DNA of 64,000 nt. Origin: an uncultured Bacteroides sp. GTDB taxonomy: Bacteria > Bacteroidota > Bacteroidia > Bacteroidales > GCA-2748055. Positions within the stretch are counted from its first letter, which is position 1; the number at the start of each line of letters is the position of its first letter. The notes beneath the pieces are model-generated. The model was not told the origin of the DNA. It saw only the letters and a program-made list of their open reading frames with translations, and did no database searches. Below are positions 27,717-37,738 of the stretch, piece by piece. Location of the stretch: assembly GCA_964601975.1 (NCBI GenBank), contig CAZRPW010000008.1, forward strand, positions 10,979 through 74,978. The letters run 5' to 3'. The translations under genes were made by a program, and so were the position numbers.

Positions 27717-29054
27717 ATGAAGAAAGCTAACTCATTTTGGGCCGGTATTGTAATGATCTGCCTGTCTGTTTCACTTTCAGCTCAGGAGGTAGATATTTCA
27801 CAGGAGGTAGATATTTCAATTGACTACCCTGAGCAGGTGAAGGCCGGAGAGATCTTTGAGCTTACAGTGACTATCAATAAAGGTGCACTCAGCGATTATT
27901 CCCGCTTCTCACAGGATTTACCTCCGGGGCTTACTGCCAGCAATGTTTCCTCTCCTAATGCTGATTTCAGCTTTGATAATCAGAGGATCAGGATCATATG
28001 GCTTAAACTTCCCGATGAACCCGAAATAGAGATTTCTTATAACATTATGGTGGATGAGCGCTTAACGGGTAAGTTCATGCTCGGCGGCGTATTTGCTTAT
28101 GTGGTGGATGAGGAGAGGAAGTTCCTGAATTTTGAGAAATCAGGTGAGATTAGCATTATCCCCAGTTCTACGGTAGATCCGGAGCTGATGGTGGATATAA
28201 AGGATTTTAAAGCGGGTGCTGCTGGCGTAGTAGTAGCTGGGGACTCTGAAAAGGAGCCTTTTGCAATGGCCATCAGGCAAAAGCCTTTGCTGATGAGCAC
28301 AGGTGCTTACTCTGTGAAATTACTTGTGAAAAATCCAACGGGTAGTAAGTATGTAAAAATTGAAGAGCTTATTCCGGCAGGATATATTTTTGAGAGTGTT
28401 GATCCACATAATGGAATTGAATCCTTTTCCTCTTCAACGGTGAAGTTTATATGGATGAAGCTTCCTGAAGAATCAGAGTTTGATGTGAGCTACAGGCTGG
28501 TGCCCAAAAGGGATGAACCCCAGACGGAGATGCGCATAAAAGGTCAGCTTACCTACTCGGTTGGGAATGAAAATAAAGTGGTGGATATAAAGGAGATGGA
28601 CCTTGATATGGGGTCTTTCACTCTGGCTGACAAAAGAAATCTTCTTCTTAGCGGTGAAGTTCCATCCGATGCTGTTAAAGTGAAGCCGGTTGTACGGAAA
28701 GATCCCGAGCCAGCGAAGAAGACGGTGTCTGAGTCGAAGCCGGCAGGTGCTTCAGCACAGGTTATCGTAAATACCCGTGTTCTGGCGGCTGGCAATGGAA
28801 GCTATTATCGGGTGCAGCTGGCAGCGCACCAAAAACCTTTTGATGCACAGCAGTACTATAAAAAAATTGGAGTGGAGCAGGAAGTGTTCGTTGAACAGCA
28901 TGAAAATTTGTATAAGTATACAACGGGTTCATTTTCAACTTATAGTGAAGCAAACTCTTATAAAGAACGAATAGAGAGACTTGGTGGTGTATCCGGTGCA
29001 TTTGTGGTGGCCTATAAAGACGGAAAGCGTATTCCTTTGCCTGCGGGCCGTTAA
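27717..29054 (+). CDS. Secreted protein with a C-terminal SPOR (peptidoglycan-binding) domain
   Basis: Signal peptide. C-terminal YYRVQLAAHQKPF...YKYTTGSFSTYSEANSYKERI...AFVVAYKDGKRI. Confidence 0.75.
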   Translation: MKKANSFWAGIVMICLSVSLSAQEVDISQEVDISIDYPEQVKAGEIFELTVTINKGALSDYSRFSQDLPPGLTASNVSSPNADFSFDNQRIRIIWLKLPDEPEIEISYNIMVDERLTGKFMLGGVFAYVVDEERKFLNFEKSGEISIIPSSTVDPELMVDIKDFKAGAAGVVVAGDSEKEPFAMAIRQKPLLMSTGAYSVKLLVKNPTGSKYVKIEELIPAGYIFESVDPHNGIESFSSSTVKFIWMKLPEESEFDVSYRLVPKRDEPQTEMRIKGQLTYSVGNENKVVDIKEMDLDMGSFTLADKRNLLLSGEVPSDAVKVKPVVRKDPEPAKKTVSESKPAGASAQVIVNTRVLAAGNGSYYRVQLAAHQKPFDAQQYYKKIGVEQEVFVEQHENLYKYTTGSFSTYSEANSYKERIERLGGVSGAFVVAYKDGKRIPLPAGR

Positions 29055-29063
29055 CCCAGATTA

Positions 29064-30431
29064 TTGATAAAGGTGAAAAGATCAGCCCTATACCGTTTGT
29101 TTATAATAGGCATTGCCCTTTTGCCGGCTTTATCTTTTGGACAGGTGATCAATTATGATTCCCTCTTACAAAGAGTGGATACGGTTGAAAATCCGGTTTT
29201 TAAACCCGTGATCTCCTTTTCATATGGAGTTTTTAATTTCAGGGGTGATGTAAGGTCCGGCCTGATTACACCGCTGTCAGGTACCAGGGCTGGTATGTTG
29301 AGTGTTGCCACCTTCATCGACCCTAAGCATCATTACTTTGTTGCCAATTTTAATTTTCTTGCCGGTAACCTCACAGCGAATGAATATTCTCATGCTGATC
29401 TGACACGCAACCTTAATTTCACCACTTTTCTATACTCCTTCGGGATTAATGTGGAATACAGATTCGGACATATTGTTCCTGAAGATTTTCCAATCAGGCC
29501 TTATATTCAGCTTGGCGTGGAGAGTCTCAATTTCAGCTCTAAGGGGGACCTTACAGATCAGGGCGGAGCGAGCTATTATTACTGGTCGGACGGGAGTATC
29601 CGGGATCAGCCCGAAAGCTTTGGGAGCGGTAACCAGCTGTATCGTGATTATAACTATGAAACCGATCTCAGGCTTCATGAAAGCAGTGAATTTGGTCTTG
29701 GAAGCTATAGCCAGCGTTCCCTGGCCTTTCCCTTTGGTGCAGGTCTTCACTTCAGGATCAATGAAAGGGCATTTTTCAGTCTGGGCATGTCCTACCATCT
29801 GACATTGTCAGATTTTCTCGATAATGTGGCTTATGAAGGAACCAGTGTCCAGGGTAAAAAAGGGAATGATGCCTATGTATTTTCCCATCTCTCTCTTCAT
29901 TTTGACCTCTTCTCGGATCCTTCAACCCGAACGGTTGATCTGCTTTATGCCGATGCCGATTTTGACCCCCTCTTTTTTGATGACGAGGATGGGGATTTTG
30001 TGCTTGATATTTCGGACCACTGTCCGGGTACACCCTATGGTGTTGAAGTGGATTCGCTTGGATGCCCGCTTGATCTTGACTTTGATGGTGTGCCGGATTA
30101 CCGGGATCGTGAGCTGGAAACTGCCAGTGGGGCCTGGGTGGATGAAGAGGGTAAGACTGTTTCCGAGAAAGCATTTTACGCAAGTATCGAAAGCAGAAAC
30201 GACGCTATGTCAAGGGATGAGGTAGTTGCATATTTTGCCATCATCAGTGATGATTACTCGGCCGGAGGTAGCGATGATATGCCCGAGAAATTCAGGATGC
30301 TTGATGAAGACAGTGACGGTTATATCTCATTCGATGAGCTGCTTAAGACGGTTGACCTGTATTTTGACTATCAGCTGGAGCTGGATATTGAAGAGGTGAG
30401 GGAGTTGAATGATTTCTTTTTCTCCCAGTAG
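29064..30431 (+). CDS. Outer-membrane beta-barrel protein with thrombospondin-type-3-like Asp-rich repeats and a C-terminal EF-hand
   Basis: Signal peptide, beta-strand-rich N-terminal half, DxDxDGxxD-like runs (DDEDGDFVLD, DLDFDGVPDYRD), EF-hand DEDSDGYISFDEL. TTG start. Confidence 0.6.
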   Translation: MIKVKRSALYRLFIIGIALLPALSFGQVINYDSLLQRVDTVENPVFKPVISFSYGVFNFRGDVRSGLITPLSGTRAGMLSVATFIDPKHHYFVANFNFLAGNLTANEYSHADLTRNLNFTTFLYSFGINVEYRFGHIVPEDFPIRPYIQLGVESLNFSSKGDLTDQGGASYYYWSDGSIRDQPESFGSGNQLYRDYNYETDLRLHESSEFGLGSYSQRSLAFPFGAGLHFRINERAFFSLGMSYHLTLSDFLDNVAYEGTSVQGKKGNDAYVFSHLSLHFDLFSDPSTRTVDLLYADADFDPLFFDDEDGDFVLDISDHCPGTPYGVEVDSLGCPLDLDFDGVPDYRDRELETASGAWVDEEGKTVSEKAFYASIESRNDAMSRDEVVAYFAIISDDYSAGGSDDMPEKFRMLDEDSDGYISFDELLKTVDLYFDYQLELDIEEVRELNDFFFSQ

Positions 30432-30884
30432 CTACTTTATTTTCTTGAGACGATCCATCTGGCGCTGAGTATCTTTGCGCTTGATGGTTTCTCTTTTGTC
30501 ATATTCGCGTTTTCCCCTCGCCAGACCGATTTCAAGTTTGGCATAACCCGAGCTGGAAATGAATAATTTTAAGGCAGCTATAGTCAGGCCGCTTTCCTTT
30601 ACTTTTCGTTGCAGCTTCTTCAGCTCCTGCCTGTTCAGAAGCAACTTGCGATCCCGTCCCGGAATGTGGCTGTTAAAGCTTGCCCATGCATAATCTGCAA
30701 TTTGCATACTCCTCACATATAGCTCTCCATTTTCAAATACGCAATAAGCCTCACCCAGGGTCGCTCTTCCATTCCTGATGGATTTTATCTCTGTTCCGGT
30801 CAATTGAATTCCTGCGGTATAGCGGTCCAGGATTTCATAATCGTGGAAGGCTTTTTTGTTTCTTATGTTGATCTTGTTGGCCAT
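30432..30884 (-). CDS. smpB: SsrA-binding protein
   Basis: NKKAFHDYEI...GTEIKS...family pattern. Start moved to MANKINI. Confidence 0.93.
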   Translation of the reverse strand: MANKINIRNKKAFHDYEILDRYTAGIQLTGTEIKSIRNGRATLGEAYCVFENGELYVRSMQIADYAWASFNSHIPGRDRKLLLNRQELKKLQRKVKESGLTIAALKLFISSSGYAKLEIGLARGKREYDKRETIKRKDTQRQMDRLKKIK

Positions 30885-30922
30885 GGCTATTTCTGAGGGC
30901 AAAGGTATAAAAAACCGCTTAT

Positions 30923-31891
30923 TTGGGTATATTTGATTACATGGAGAAATTTTCCGCTAAAATACTTACCGTACTTGGGCCTACAGCAGCTGGTAAAACG
31001 GCATTTGCAGCCCATCTGTCCCACCGCCTGGATGGAGAGATTATCAGTGCCGATTCCCGCCAGGTTTACCGGGGAATGGATATTGGTACCGGAAAGGATT
31101 ACGAGGACTACATGGTAGGAGGGAAGCTTGTGCCTGCGCACCTTGTCGATATTCTTGATGCCGGATATGAATACAATGTCTACCTTTTCAAAAAGGATTT
31201 TTTGAGGGCTTTCGAGGAAATATCAGGTAGAGGAAAACTTCCTGTTCTATGTGGTGGAAGTGGCATGTACATTGAGTCGGTTCTGAAAAACTACAAGCTG
31301 CGCCATGTGCCGGCTGATCCCGTGTTGAGGGCAGATTTGGAGGAAAAAGGATTCCAGGAACTGGAAGAGATGCTGAAATTATACGGGCCCCTTCACAATC
31401 AAAGCGATATCACATCAAAGAAAAGGTTAATCAGGGCAATTGAGATCGCTATGTTTCAGTCGTCAGACCCTGAACCTGTTGAAGAAGACCTGGAGTTGAA
31501 TTCCCTTGTCTTTGGAATAAAACTGGAAAGGATCATCAGGAGAAAGCGGATTTCCGAAAGGCTGATGAAGCGGTTGGGCCAGGGGATGGTGGAGGAGGTG
31601 GAGAAACTACTCGCCGACGGGATCTCTCACGAAAAGCTCGACTACTACGGTTTAGAGTACAGGTACATTTCCAGGTACATCAGGAATGAACTCTCCTACG
31701 ATGATATGGTCAGCAGGCTCAACGCTGCGATTCACCAGTTTGCAAAACGACAGATGACTTATTTTAGAGGCATGGAACGCAGGGGGACAACGATTCACTG
31801 GATCGACGGGATGCTACCCATTGACGAGATGATAGAAGAGGCGCTGAGCATTTGCCGTGGCGATTCTGGGTTTCAGGTCTTGTTCACCTGA
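30923..31891 (+). CDS. miaA: tRNA dimethylallyltransferase
   Basis: GPTAAGKT P-loop, SADSRQVYRGMDIGT. Confidence 0.93.
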   Translation: MGIFDYMEKFSAKILTVLGPTAAGKTAFAAHLSHRLDGEIISADSRQVYRGMDIGTGKDYEDYMVGGKLVPAHLVDILDAGYEYNVYLFKKDFLRAFEEISGRGKLPVLCGGSGMYIESVLKNYKLRHVPADPVLRADLEEKGFQELEEMLKLYGPLHNQSDITSKKRLIRAIEIAMFQSSDPEPVEEDLELNSLVFGIKLERIIRRKRISERLMKRLGQGMVEEVEKLLADGISHEKLDYYGLEYRYISRYIRNELSYDDMVSRLNAAIHQFAKRQMTYFRGMERRGTTIHWIDGMLPIDEMIEEALSICRGDSGFQVLFT

Positions 31892-32291
31892 ACTGCCATG
31901 GCAGGTCTGTTATAAACCAGATCAATCCTGCTGCAATTGCAATGTTGAAGCCTGTAATCAGGTAGTTATAGGCCACCCGCCAGGATACAATTCGCCTCCT
32001 GATCATAATCCCAATATTTGGAATAAAGAATGCCAGGACGCTAAAAACTGTAAGGCTGTTCAGGATATGTTCTTCATCCATTTCCTCAGTGGGCTCTGCT
32101 GAGGGCAGGAAGAAAAGAATCAGGTAGGCCATTAGCAGGAAACATGCAAGGTAGATCAGGTAACTGGCTTTGATGGAGATGGTTGACACAGGCCTTTTGC
32201 GGTGAATCCTGAAGGGCTTTAAAATAATGATCGCAATAATATAGATCAGTAGAAAAGCCGCGATAAATATGAAATGAAGCAGAAAGGTCAT
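31884..32291 (-). CDS. Small integral membrane protein (4 predicted TM), function unknown
   Basis: Hydrophobic-segment pattern only. Confidence 0.5.
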   Translation of the reverse strand: MTFLLHFIFIAAFLLIYIIAIIILKPFRIHRKRPVSTISIKASYLIYLACFLLMAYLILFFLPSAEPTEEMDEEHILNSLTVFSVLAFFIPNIGIMIRRRIVSWRVAYNYLITGFNIAIAAGLIWFITDLPWQFR

Positions 32292-32360
32292 ACCATCTCC
32301 GTTCTATAGGGTTTCTCCCAAGTTAAGAAAAAAAAACAGATGCTATTTCAGTTAAGTGTT

Positions 32361-33377
32361 CTACTCCGCGCCAGATAGCTTTGCCTTGATCTTTGCTTCA
32401 AGCTCTTCGGCTAGTTCCGGATTGTCCCTCATCAGGCTTTTCACAGCTTCCCTTCCTTGTCCAAGTCTTGTTTCTCCATAACTGAACCAGGAGCCACTCT
32501 TTTTCAGAATTTCGAGTTCCACTCCCAGGTCAATAATCTCGCCGGCTTTGGAGATTCCTTCGCCATAGATGATGTCAAATTCAGCTTTCCGGAAAGGCGG
32601 AGCCAGCTTGTTCTTAACCACTTTCACCCTTGTGCGGTTACCCTGGATATCATCACCCTCCTTCAATTGCCCGATGCGCCGGATATCCAGCCTTACCGAA
32701 GAGTAGAATTTCAATGCATTTCCACCCGTAGTGGTTTCAGGATTGCCAAACATAACCCCGATCTTCTCCCTCAGCTGATTAATGAAAACGCAGGTGGTGT
32801 TGGTTCTGTTGATGTTTGCGGTTAATTTTCTAAGAGCCTGAGACATGAGCCTGGCCTGAAGCCCGACTTTTGAATCTCCCATCTCACCTTCAATTTCAGC
32901 TTTGGGAGTCAAAGCTGCCACGGAGTCAATTACAATGATGTCAATGGCACCCGAGCGGATCAGATGGTCTGTTACCTCCAGGGCCTGTTCACCATTATCA
33001 GGCTGTGAGATATAGAGGTTCTCAATGTCAACACCCAGCTTGCTCGCATAGAATCTGTCGAAGGCATGCTCAGCATCAATAAAGGCAGCTATACCGCCGT
33101 TTTTTTGTGCTTCGGCTATGGCGTGAATGGCAAGGGTGGTTTTACCTGAAGATTCGGGTCCGTATATTTCAACAACCCTTCCCCTGGGATATCCTCCCAC
33201 GCCCAGGGCAATATCCAGGCTGAGGGATCCTGACGGAATTACCATAACATCCTCAATGGCATTATCTCCAAGTTTCATAATGGTACCTTTACCGTATCCC
33301 TTTTCTATCTTGTCCAGGGTAAGTTGCAAGGCTTTTAATTTCTCCTTGTTGTTGCCATTGCCGTTTTCTTTACTCAT
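32361..33377 (-). CDS. recA: Recombinase A
   Basis: [11 protein letters not shown] Walker A, canonical RecA sequence throughout. Confidence 0.98.
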   Translation of the reverse strand: MSKENGNGNNKEKLKALQLTLDKIEKGYGKGTIMKLGDNAIEDVMVIPSGSLSLDIALGVGGYPRGRVVEIYGPESSGKTTLAIHAIAEAQKNGGIAAFIDAEHAFDRFYASKLGVDIENLYISQPDNGEQALEVTDHLIRSGAIDIIVIDSVAALTPKAEIEGEMGDSKVGLQARLMSQALRKLTANINRTNTTCVFINQLREKIGVMFGNPETTTGGNALKFYSSVRLDIRRIGQLKEGDDIQGNRTRVKVVKNKLAPPFRKAEFDIIYGEGISKAGEIIDLGVELEILKKSGSWFSYGETRLGQGREAVKSLMRDNPELAEELEAKIKAKLSGAE

Positions 33378-33389
33378 GCTCTTTTTGTG

Positions 33390-33854
33390 TTAATGTGATA
33401 ATTCCGTAAATATCTGCCTGCTGTGCTCCTTAGTATTGACTTTTTCAATGATTTTAATAATGATTCCTTCTTCGTCAATGATGAAGGTTTTTCTGTGTAT
33501 TCCCATATAGGTTTTTCCGTACAGTTTTTTTTCACCCCAGACCCCGTAATCCTGAAGAACCTTTTTTTCTGTATCCGAGATCAGTCGAAAAGGTAATTGG
33601 AACTTCTCAGCGAAATGCTGATGCGATTTCTCACTGTCAGCGCTTACGCCGATAACTTCAAAGCCCTGTTCCAGGAACTGTTCATAATGATCCCTGAGGT
33701 CGCACGATTCAGCGGTGCATCCAGGGGTGTTGTCTTTGGGGTAAAAATAGAGTACAAGTTTCTTTCCCCTGTACTGCTCCAGAGTAATCTTTTTTCCTTC
33801 CTGGTCCACCGATTCAATTGCCGGGGCGAGGTCTCCTGTGCTTAAGTCTGCCAT
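33390..33854 (-). CDS. bcp: Thioredoxin-dependent peroxiredoxin Bcp
   Basis: YFYPKDNTPGCTAESC motif. Confidence 0.9.
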   Translation of the reverse strand: MADLSTGDLAPAIESVDQEGKKITLEQYRGKKLVLYFYPKDNTPGCTAESCDLRDHYEQFLEQGFEVIGVSADSEKSHQHFAEKFQLPFRLISDTEKKVLQDYGVWGEKKLYGKTYMGIHRKTFIIDEEGIIIKIIEKVNTKEHSRQIFTELSH

Positions 33855-33923
33855 GTTAAAATCAAATTATAAATGTACAAAAGTTGCTTAACATGCAGCT
33901 CTATTTATTGCTATTTTTGGCTT

Positions 33924-35849
33924 ATGAATATTCCATCTATGAACAGGTTTTTTTCTATGGGCCTGATACTGGCCCTGAGTCTTTACTTCGGGCTTTCGGT
34001 CCGGGGGCAGATTGCTGAATTTGAAGCAGGTAATTATCGCCAGGCACTAGTCGGATTCCAGGAATTATTGAAGAGTCAGCCGGACAACGCCATGAACTTT
34101 TACTATGCGGGCAGATGCCTTGTGGAGTTAAATGAGGATATTGACGATGCCATTGAATATCTGTATAGTGCTTCCAGGCGGGGTGCTCCGGCGGATGCAA
34201 TTTTTTACCTTGGGAGGGCATATCACCTTGATTATAATTTTTCCGAAGCGAAAAAGAACTACTCCAGGTTTGAAATAGAAGCTTCCCGTCAGGAATTGAA
34301 AGAGCTGAGGGTAAATCACATGATTAATACCTGCCGAAGTGCGCTTGAGATTACAGCAACCTATAACCAGTACGAGGTGATGACGGTTACCTTTATGGAT
34401 CTGAAGGATTCCCTTTCCTATTCGCAGATCAAAATGAAAGGCGGACAGCTTCAAAGAAAACCTTCTGAGTATTTCAAACCCGGCGAAGACAGGACAGGCC
34501 TGGGTAGTCTTATGTTTATGCCCTCCAGGCCGTTGAGGGGCGATTATGCCTTTTATTCAAGTCCGGGTAAGCCGGGAAAGGAAGGGCTTCAGCTTTACAG
34601 GGTGAAGAAGGGCTCAGGAAAGTCGTGGGGCGATCCCCAGGAATTAAAGTCTCTGAATACCGAAGGCGATGAATTGCTCCCTTATTATGACCCCATAGAA
34701 AATGACTTGTACTTCGCTTCCAATGGGGGTTCAGGTGTTGGTGGTTTTGACCTCTTCAGGGCTCATTACGATCCGGATCGTGATGAGTGGACTGAAGCAA
34801 TCAACCTGGGATTCCCCATAAATTCGGTGATGGATGAATACCTGCTTCTTCCCGGGTCGGACCTCGGAATGATGATGTTTTTTTCAAATCGACAGGGTAC
34901 AGATAGTACACTAACGGTATACCGTGTGCACCTGGTTGAACCCAAATTAAAGACAGATGCCAATGATACAGAAATGCTAAAAAAGGTTGCAAGTCTGGGG
35001 GATGTTGCTGATGAGATACTGGCTGAAATATCTGCCCTTGATGAAAGGGAGAAGACAATAGAGGAAGCGCATCTTTCTTTGCAGTCAGATGAGGGAGAGC
35101 CAGAGCTTGTGTATACCCCGGTGAAGATTGTCTCCCCGGGAGATCCGGTGCCTGCTACTCGTCCTCAGGAAAGGGAGTACCTGGCTGAGGCTCTGATGCA
35201 CCAGGCTGCCTCTGATTCACTGAAGGATCTGGCTACTGAAGCACGTGTCAGGGTGAGAGAATCGGATGATCCCAATGACCGCTGGGTCTGGCAGAAACAG
35301 ATTATGGTCTGGGAAAAAAGAGCGCATGATGAGGAAGCACAGGCAGATATTCTGTATTCTAAGATGGAGGACAAGCAAATTGATCCTGATCCTGTGCCTG
35401 CGGTGAATACTCCTGAAGTAGTTTCAGCTGCAGTTGTGTCCTCTTCCCTTGTTGAGGGAGAGCCCGGGACCCAGCCTCCATTGAGGCTTCTTTCTCAGGA
35501 TGAAGGAACTTATATTAATCGCTTCGATATTCTGGGGAATTCACCCTACACGGAATCTAATCCTATTCCCACAGACCTGCCCCTTCCTGACGGAGTGTTT
35601 TACAGAATTCAGATGGGTGCTTTTGGCAAGCCTGTTATTCCTGGTGTATTTAACGGGATCAGTCCCATAACAGCTGAAACCATTAAGGACAGAGGATTGA
35701 TTAAGTATTACGCAGGGAAATTCACAAAGTATGATGATGCCTCCACAGCCCTGTCTAAAATCAGGTCGCTTGGATATGAGGATGCTTTTGTTTCTGCCTG
35801 GTATAATGGAGAGCCCATCTCAACACAAAAGGCTATGCAGCTAGAGTAG
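33924..35849 (+). CDS. TPR / PD40-like / C-terminal SPOR-like domain envelope protein
   Basis: N-terminal TPR-like segment, YFASNGGSGVGGFDLF (PD40-like), C-terminal FYRIQMGAFGKP...KYYAGKFTKYDDASTAL...SAWYNGEPI. Start set at MNIPSMNRFF. Confidence 0.6.
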   Translation: MNIPSMNRFFSMGLILALSLYFGLSVRGQIAEFEAGNYRQALVGFQELLKSQPDNAMNFYYAGRCLVELNEDIDDAIEYLYSASRRGAPADAIFYLGRAYHLDYNFSEAKKNYSRFEIEASRQELKELRVNHMINTCRSALEITATYNQYEVMTVTFMDLKDSLSYSQIKMKGGQLQRKPSEYFKPGEDRTGLGSLMFMPSRPLRGDYAFYSSPGKPGKEGLQLYRVKKGSGKSWGDPQELKSLNTEGDELLPYYDPIENDLYFASNGGSGVGGFDLFRAHYDPDRDEWTEAINLGFPINSVMDEYLLLPGSDLGMMMFFSNRQGTDSTLTVYRVHLVEPKLKTDANDTEMLKKVASLGDVADEILAEISALDEREKTIEEAHLSLQSDEGEPELVYTPVKIVSPGDPVPATRPQEREYLAEALMHQAASDSLKDLATEARVRVRESDDPNDRWVWQKQIMVWEKRAHDEEAQADILYSKMEDKQIDPDPVPAVNTPEVVSAAVVSSSLVEGEPGTQPPLRLLSQDEGTYINRFDILGNSPYTESNPIPTDLPLPDGVFYRIQMGAFGKPVIPGVFNGISPITAETIKDRGLIKYYAGKFTKYDDASTALSKIRSLGYEDAFVSAWYNGEPISTQKAMQLE

Positions 35850-35870
35850 TATCTTTATTGATAAATTGAT

Positions 35871-35878
35871 TATATTTG
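35871..35878 (+). promoter_or_regulatory. -7 box TATATTTG upstream of clpS
   Basis: TAnnTTTG match 25 nt upstream of the ATG at 35903. It overlaps the TTG start used by the ORF track. Confidence 0.4.
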
Positions 35879-35902
35879 ATCAGACGTGATACCTTTTTCA
35901 GA

Positions 35903-36187
35903 ATGGACAGTAATTTTACAAGCCGGCCACAGAAAGTAGGCTCTGATGAGACAGAGGACCTGCAAAAGGGAACACTCGTTCTCCACAACGATGACGTTAA
36001 TACTTTTGACTATGTGATGAAGACCCTGGTTGAGGTTTGTGATCACTCTCTTACCCAGGCTGAACAATGTGCAACCATAACTCACTACAAAGGAAAATGC
36101 GATGTGAGGTCGGGTGGAATGAAGGAGATGAAGGAGTTGCGGTATGAGCTAATCTCAAAGGGATTAAAAGCCACTGTTGATAATTAA
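35903..36187 (+). CDS. clpS: ATP-dependent Clp protease adaptor ClpS
   Basis: VLHNDDVNTFDYVMKTLVEVCDHS...A...H.KG motif. Confidence 0.88.
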   Translation: MDSNFTSRPQKVGSDETEDLQKGTLVLHNDDVNTFDYVMKTLVEVCDHSLTQAEQCATITHYKGKCDVRSGGMKEMKELRYELISKGLKATVDN

Positions 36188-36193
36188 GCTGCT

Positions 36194-36673
36194 ATGACAG
36201 TCATCATTATTCTGATCGTTTTAGGGATTCTTTTATTTGTGATCGAGTTTCTTCTGGTACCCGGTGTTACTATTGCGGGCATTGGGGGACTTATTCTGAC
36301 AGTATTCGGGGTCTATAAGGCTTTCAATGATTTTGGTCCTCCTGTGGGTGTATGGGTTTTGATCGGAACCATTATCCTCAGCGTATTTGTGATTGTAATG
36401 TCACTACGTGCAAGGACCTGGAACCGCCTGATGCTGAAAACAAATGTGGAGGGGACGGTGGACAAGGATTTGACTGCGGAGCAGATAAAAGCTGGAGATG
36501 CCGGGGTAACGGTTACCCGTCTGGCTCCCATGGGAAAGATCCGGGTTAACGACCTGGTCAGAGAGGCTAAATCTATTGAGGGGTATATCGACGAAAATGC
36601 GGGGATTGAGGTCGTATCCATTGAGGGTACAAGGATATCAGTCAAAAGTCAAAAGTCGAAAGTCGAAAGTTAA
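36194..36673 (+). CDS. NfeD-family membrane protein (partner of FloA)
   Basis: Three TM helices plus a C-terminal OB-like domain. The last 7 codons lie in the AAAGTCr repeat. Confidence 0.8.
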   Translation: MTVIIILIVLGILLFVIEFLLVPGVTIAGIGGLILTVFGVYKAFNDFGPPVGVWVLIGTIILSVFVIVMSLRARTWNRLMLKTNVEGTVDKDLTAEQIKAGDAGVTVTRLAPMGKIRVNDLVREAKSIEGYIDENAGIEVVSIEGTRISVKSQKSKVES

Positions 36674-36688
36674 GTCGAAAGTTAAAAG
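36640..36688 (+). repeat. Seven tandem heptamers AGTCAAA/AGTCGAA
   Basis: agtcaaa agtcaaa agtcgaa agtcgaa agtta agtcgaa agttaaa. The array spans the NfeD stop codon. Confidence 0.85.
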
Positions 36689-36718
36689 AGGCAAATCAAT
36701 TTATAAAAGATAGAAATT

Positions 36719-37726
36719 ATGGAATTCGATTTCACATGGATCATCATTGTTGTGGCCAGTATCATTGGCCTATGGATTATTCTTTATTTTATTCCCATCG
36801 GATTGTGGTTTACTGCACTTCTCTCCGGGGTGCGGATATCATTGCTGCAATTAATTTTGATGCGCTGGAGGAAAGTTCCGCCCAGCACAATTGTCAGATC
36901 GATGATTGAGGCACATAAAGCCGGGCTTGCCTCCATAAAAAGAGATGAGCTTGAGGCCCATTACCTGGCGGGAGGCCATGTGGAACAGGTGATCCACGCC
37001 CTGGTATCAGCCAGTAAGGCAAATATTGACCTGACGTTTCAGATGGCTACGGCCATTGACCTGGCTGGAAGAGATGTGCTGGAAGCAGTAAAGATGTCTG
37101 TAAATCCCCAGGTGATCAACACTCCCCCGGTAACTGCAGTTGCAAAAGACGGGATTCAGCTTATTGCCAAGGCAAGGGTGACGGTACGTGCGAACATCAA
37201 GCAGTTGGTAGGTGGCGCTGGTGAAGAGACTGTACTGGCCAGGGTAGGTGAGGGGATCGTCTCTTCGATTGGCTCATCCAAGTCTCACAAAGAAGTTTTG
37301 GAGAACCCTGATTCGATATCAAGAATAGTACTGGAAAAGGGACTGGATGCCGGTACAGCATTTGAGATCCTCTCCATCGATGTGGCGGATATAGATATTG
37401 GTAAAAACATTGGTGCTGTTCTTCAAATGGACCAGGCTAACGCTGATAAGAATATTGCTCAGGCTAAGGCAGAGGAACGCAGGGCCATGGCTGTAGCCAC
37501 CGAGCAAGAGATGAAGGCCAAATCCCAGGAGGCTCGCGCCAAGGTGATTGAGGCAGAAGTGGAAATTCCACTGGCCATGGCTGAAGCTTTCAGATCGGGA
37601 AATCTTGGGATCATGGATTACTATAAGTTTAAGAATATTCAGTCGGATACTTCCATGAGAGATTCCATCGCCAAGGGTACACAGGATACCTCCGGGAAAT
37701 CTGGAAACCAGAATGATAAGGGTTAA
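36719..37726 (+). CDS. floA: Flotillin-like protein FloA (UPF0365/YqfA family)
   Basis: Strong similarity, recalled from memory, to B. subtilis FloA (...HYLAGG.V..V..AL..A..A.I.L.F...[19 protein letters not shown]...[14 protein letters not shown]). Confidence 0.9.
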   Translation: MEFDFTWIIIVVASIIGLWIILYFIPIGLWFTALLSGVRISLLQLILMRWRKVPPSTIVRSMIEAHKAGLASIKRDELEAHYLAGGHVEQVIHALVSASKANIDLTFQMATAIDLAGRDVLEAVKMSVNPQVINTPPVTAVAKDGIQLIAKARVTVRANIKQLVGGAGEETVLARVGEGIVSSIGSSKSHKEVLENPDSISRIVLEKGLDAGTAFEILSIDVADIDIGKNIGAVLQMDQANADKNIAQAKAEERRAMAVATEQEMKAKSQEARAKVIEAEVEIPLAMAEAFRSGNLGIMDYYKFKNIQSDTSMRDSIAKGTQDTSGKSGNQNDKG

Positions 37727-37738
37727 GCCAACAAGCAA

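Noticed and set aside
35876-35902. The TTG start at 35876 for clpS given by the ORF track.
   Set aside because: That TTG lies inside the TATATTTG -7 box (35871..35878). The ATG at 35903 gives a normal ClpS N-terminus.
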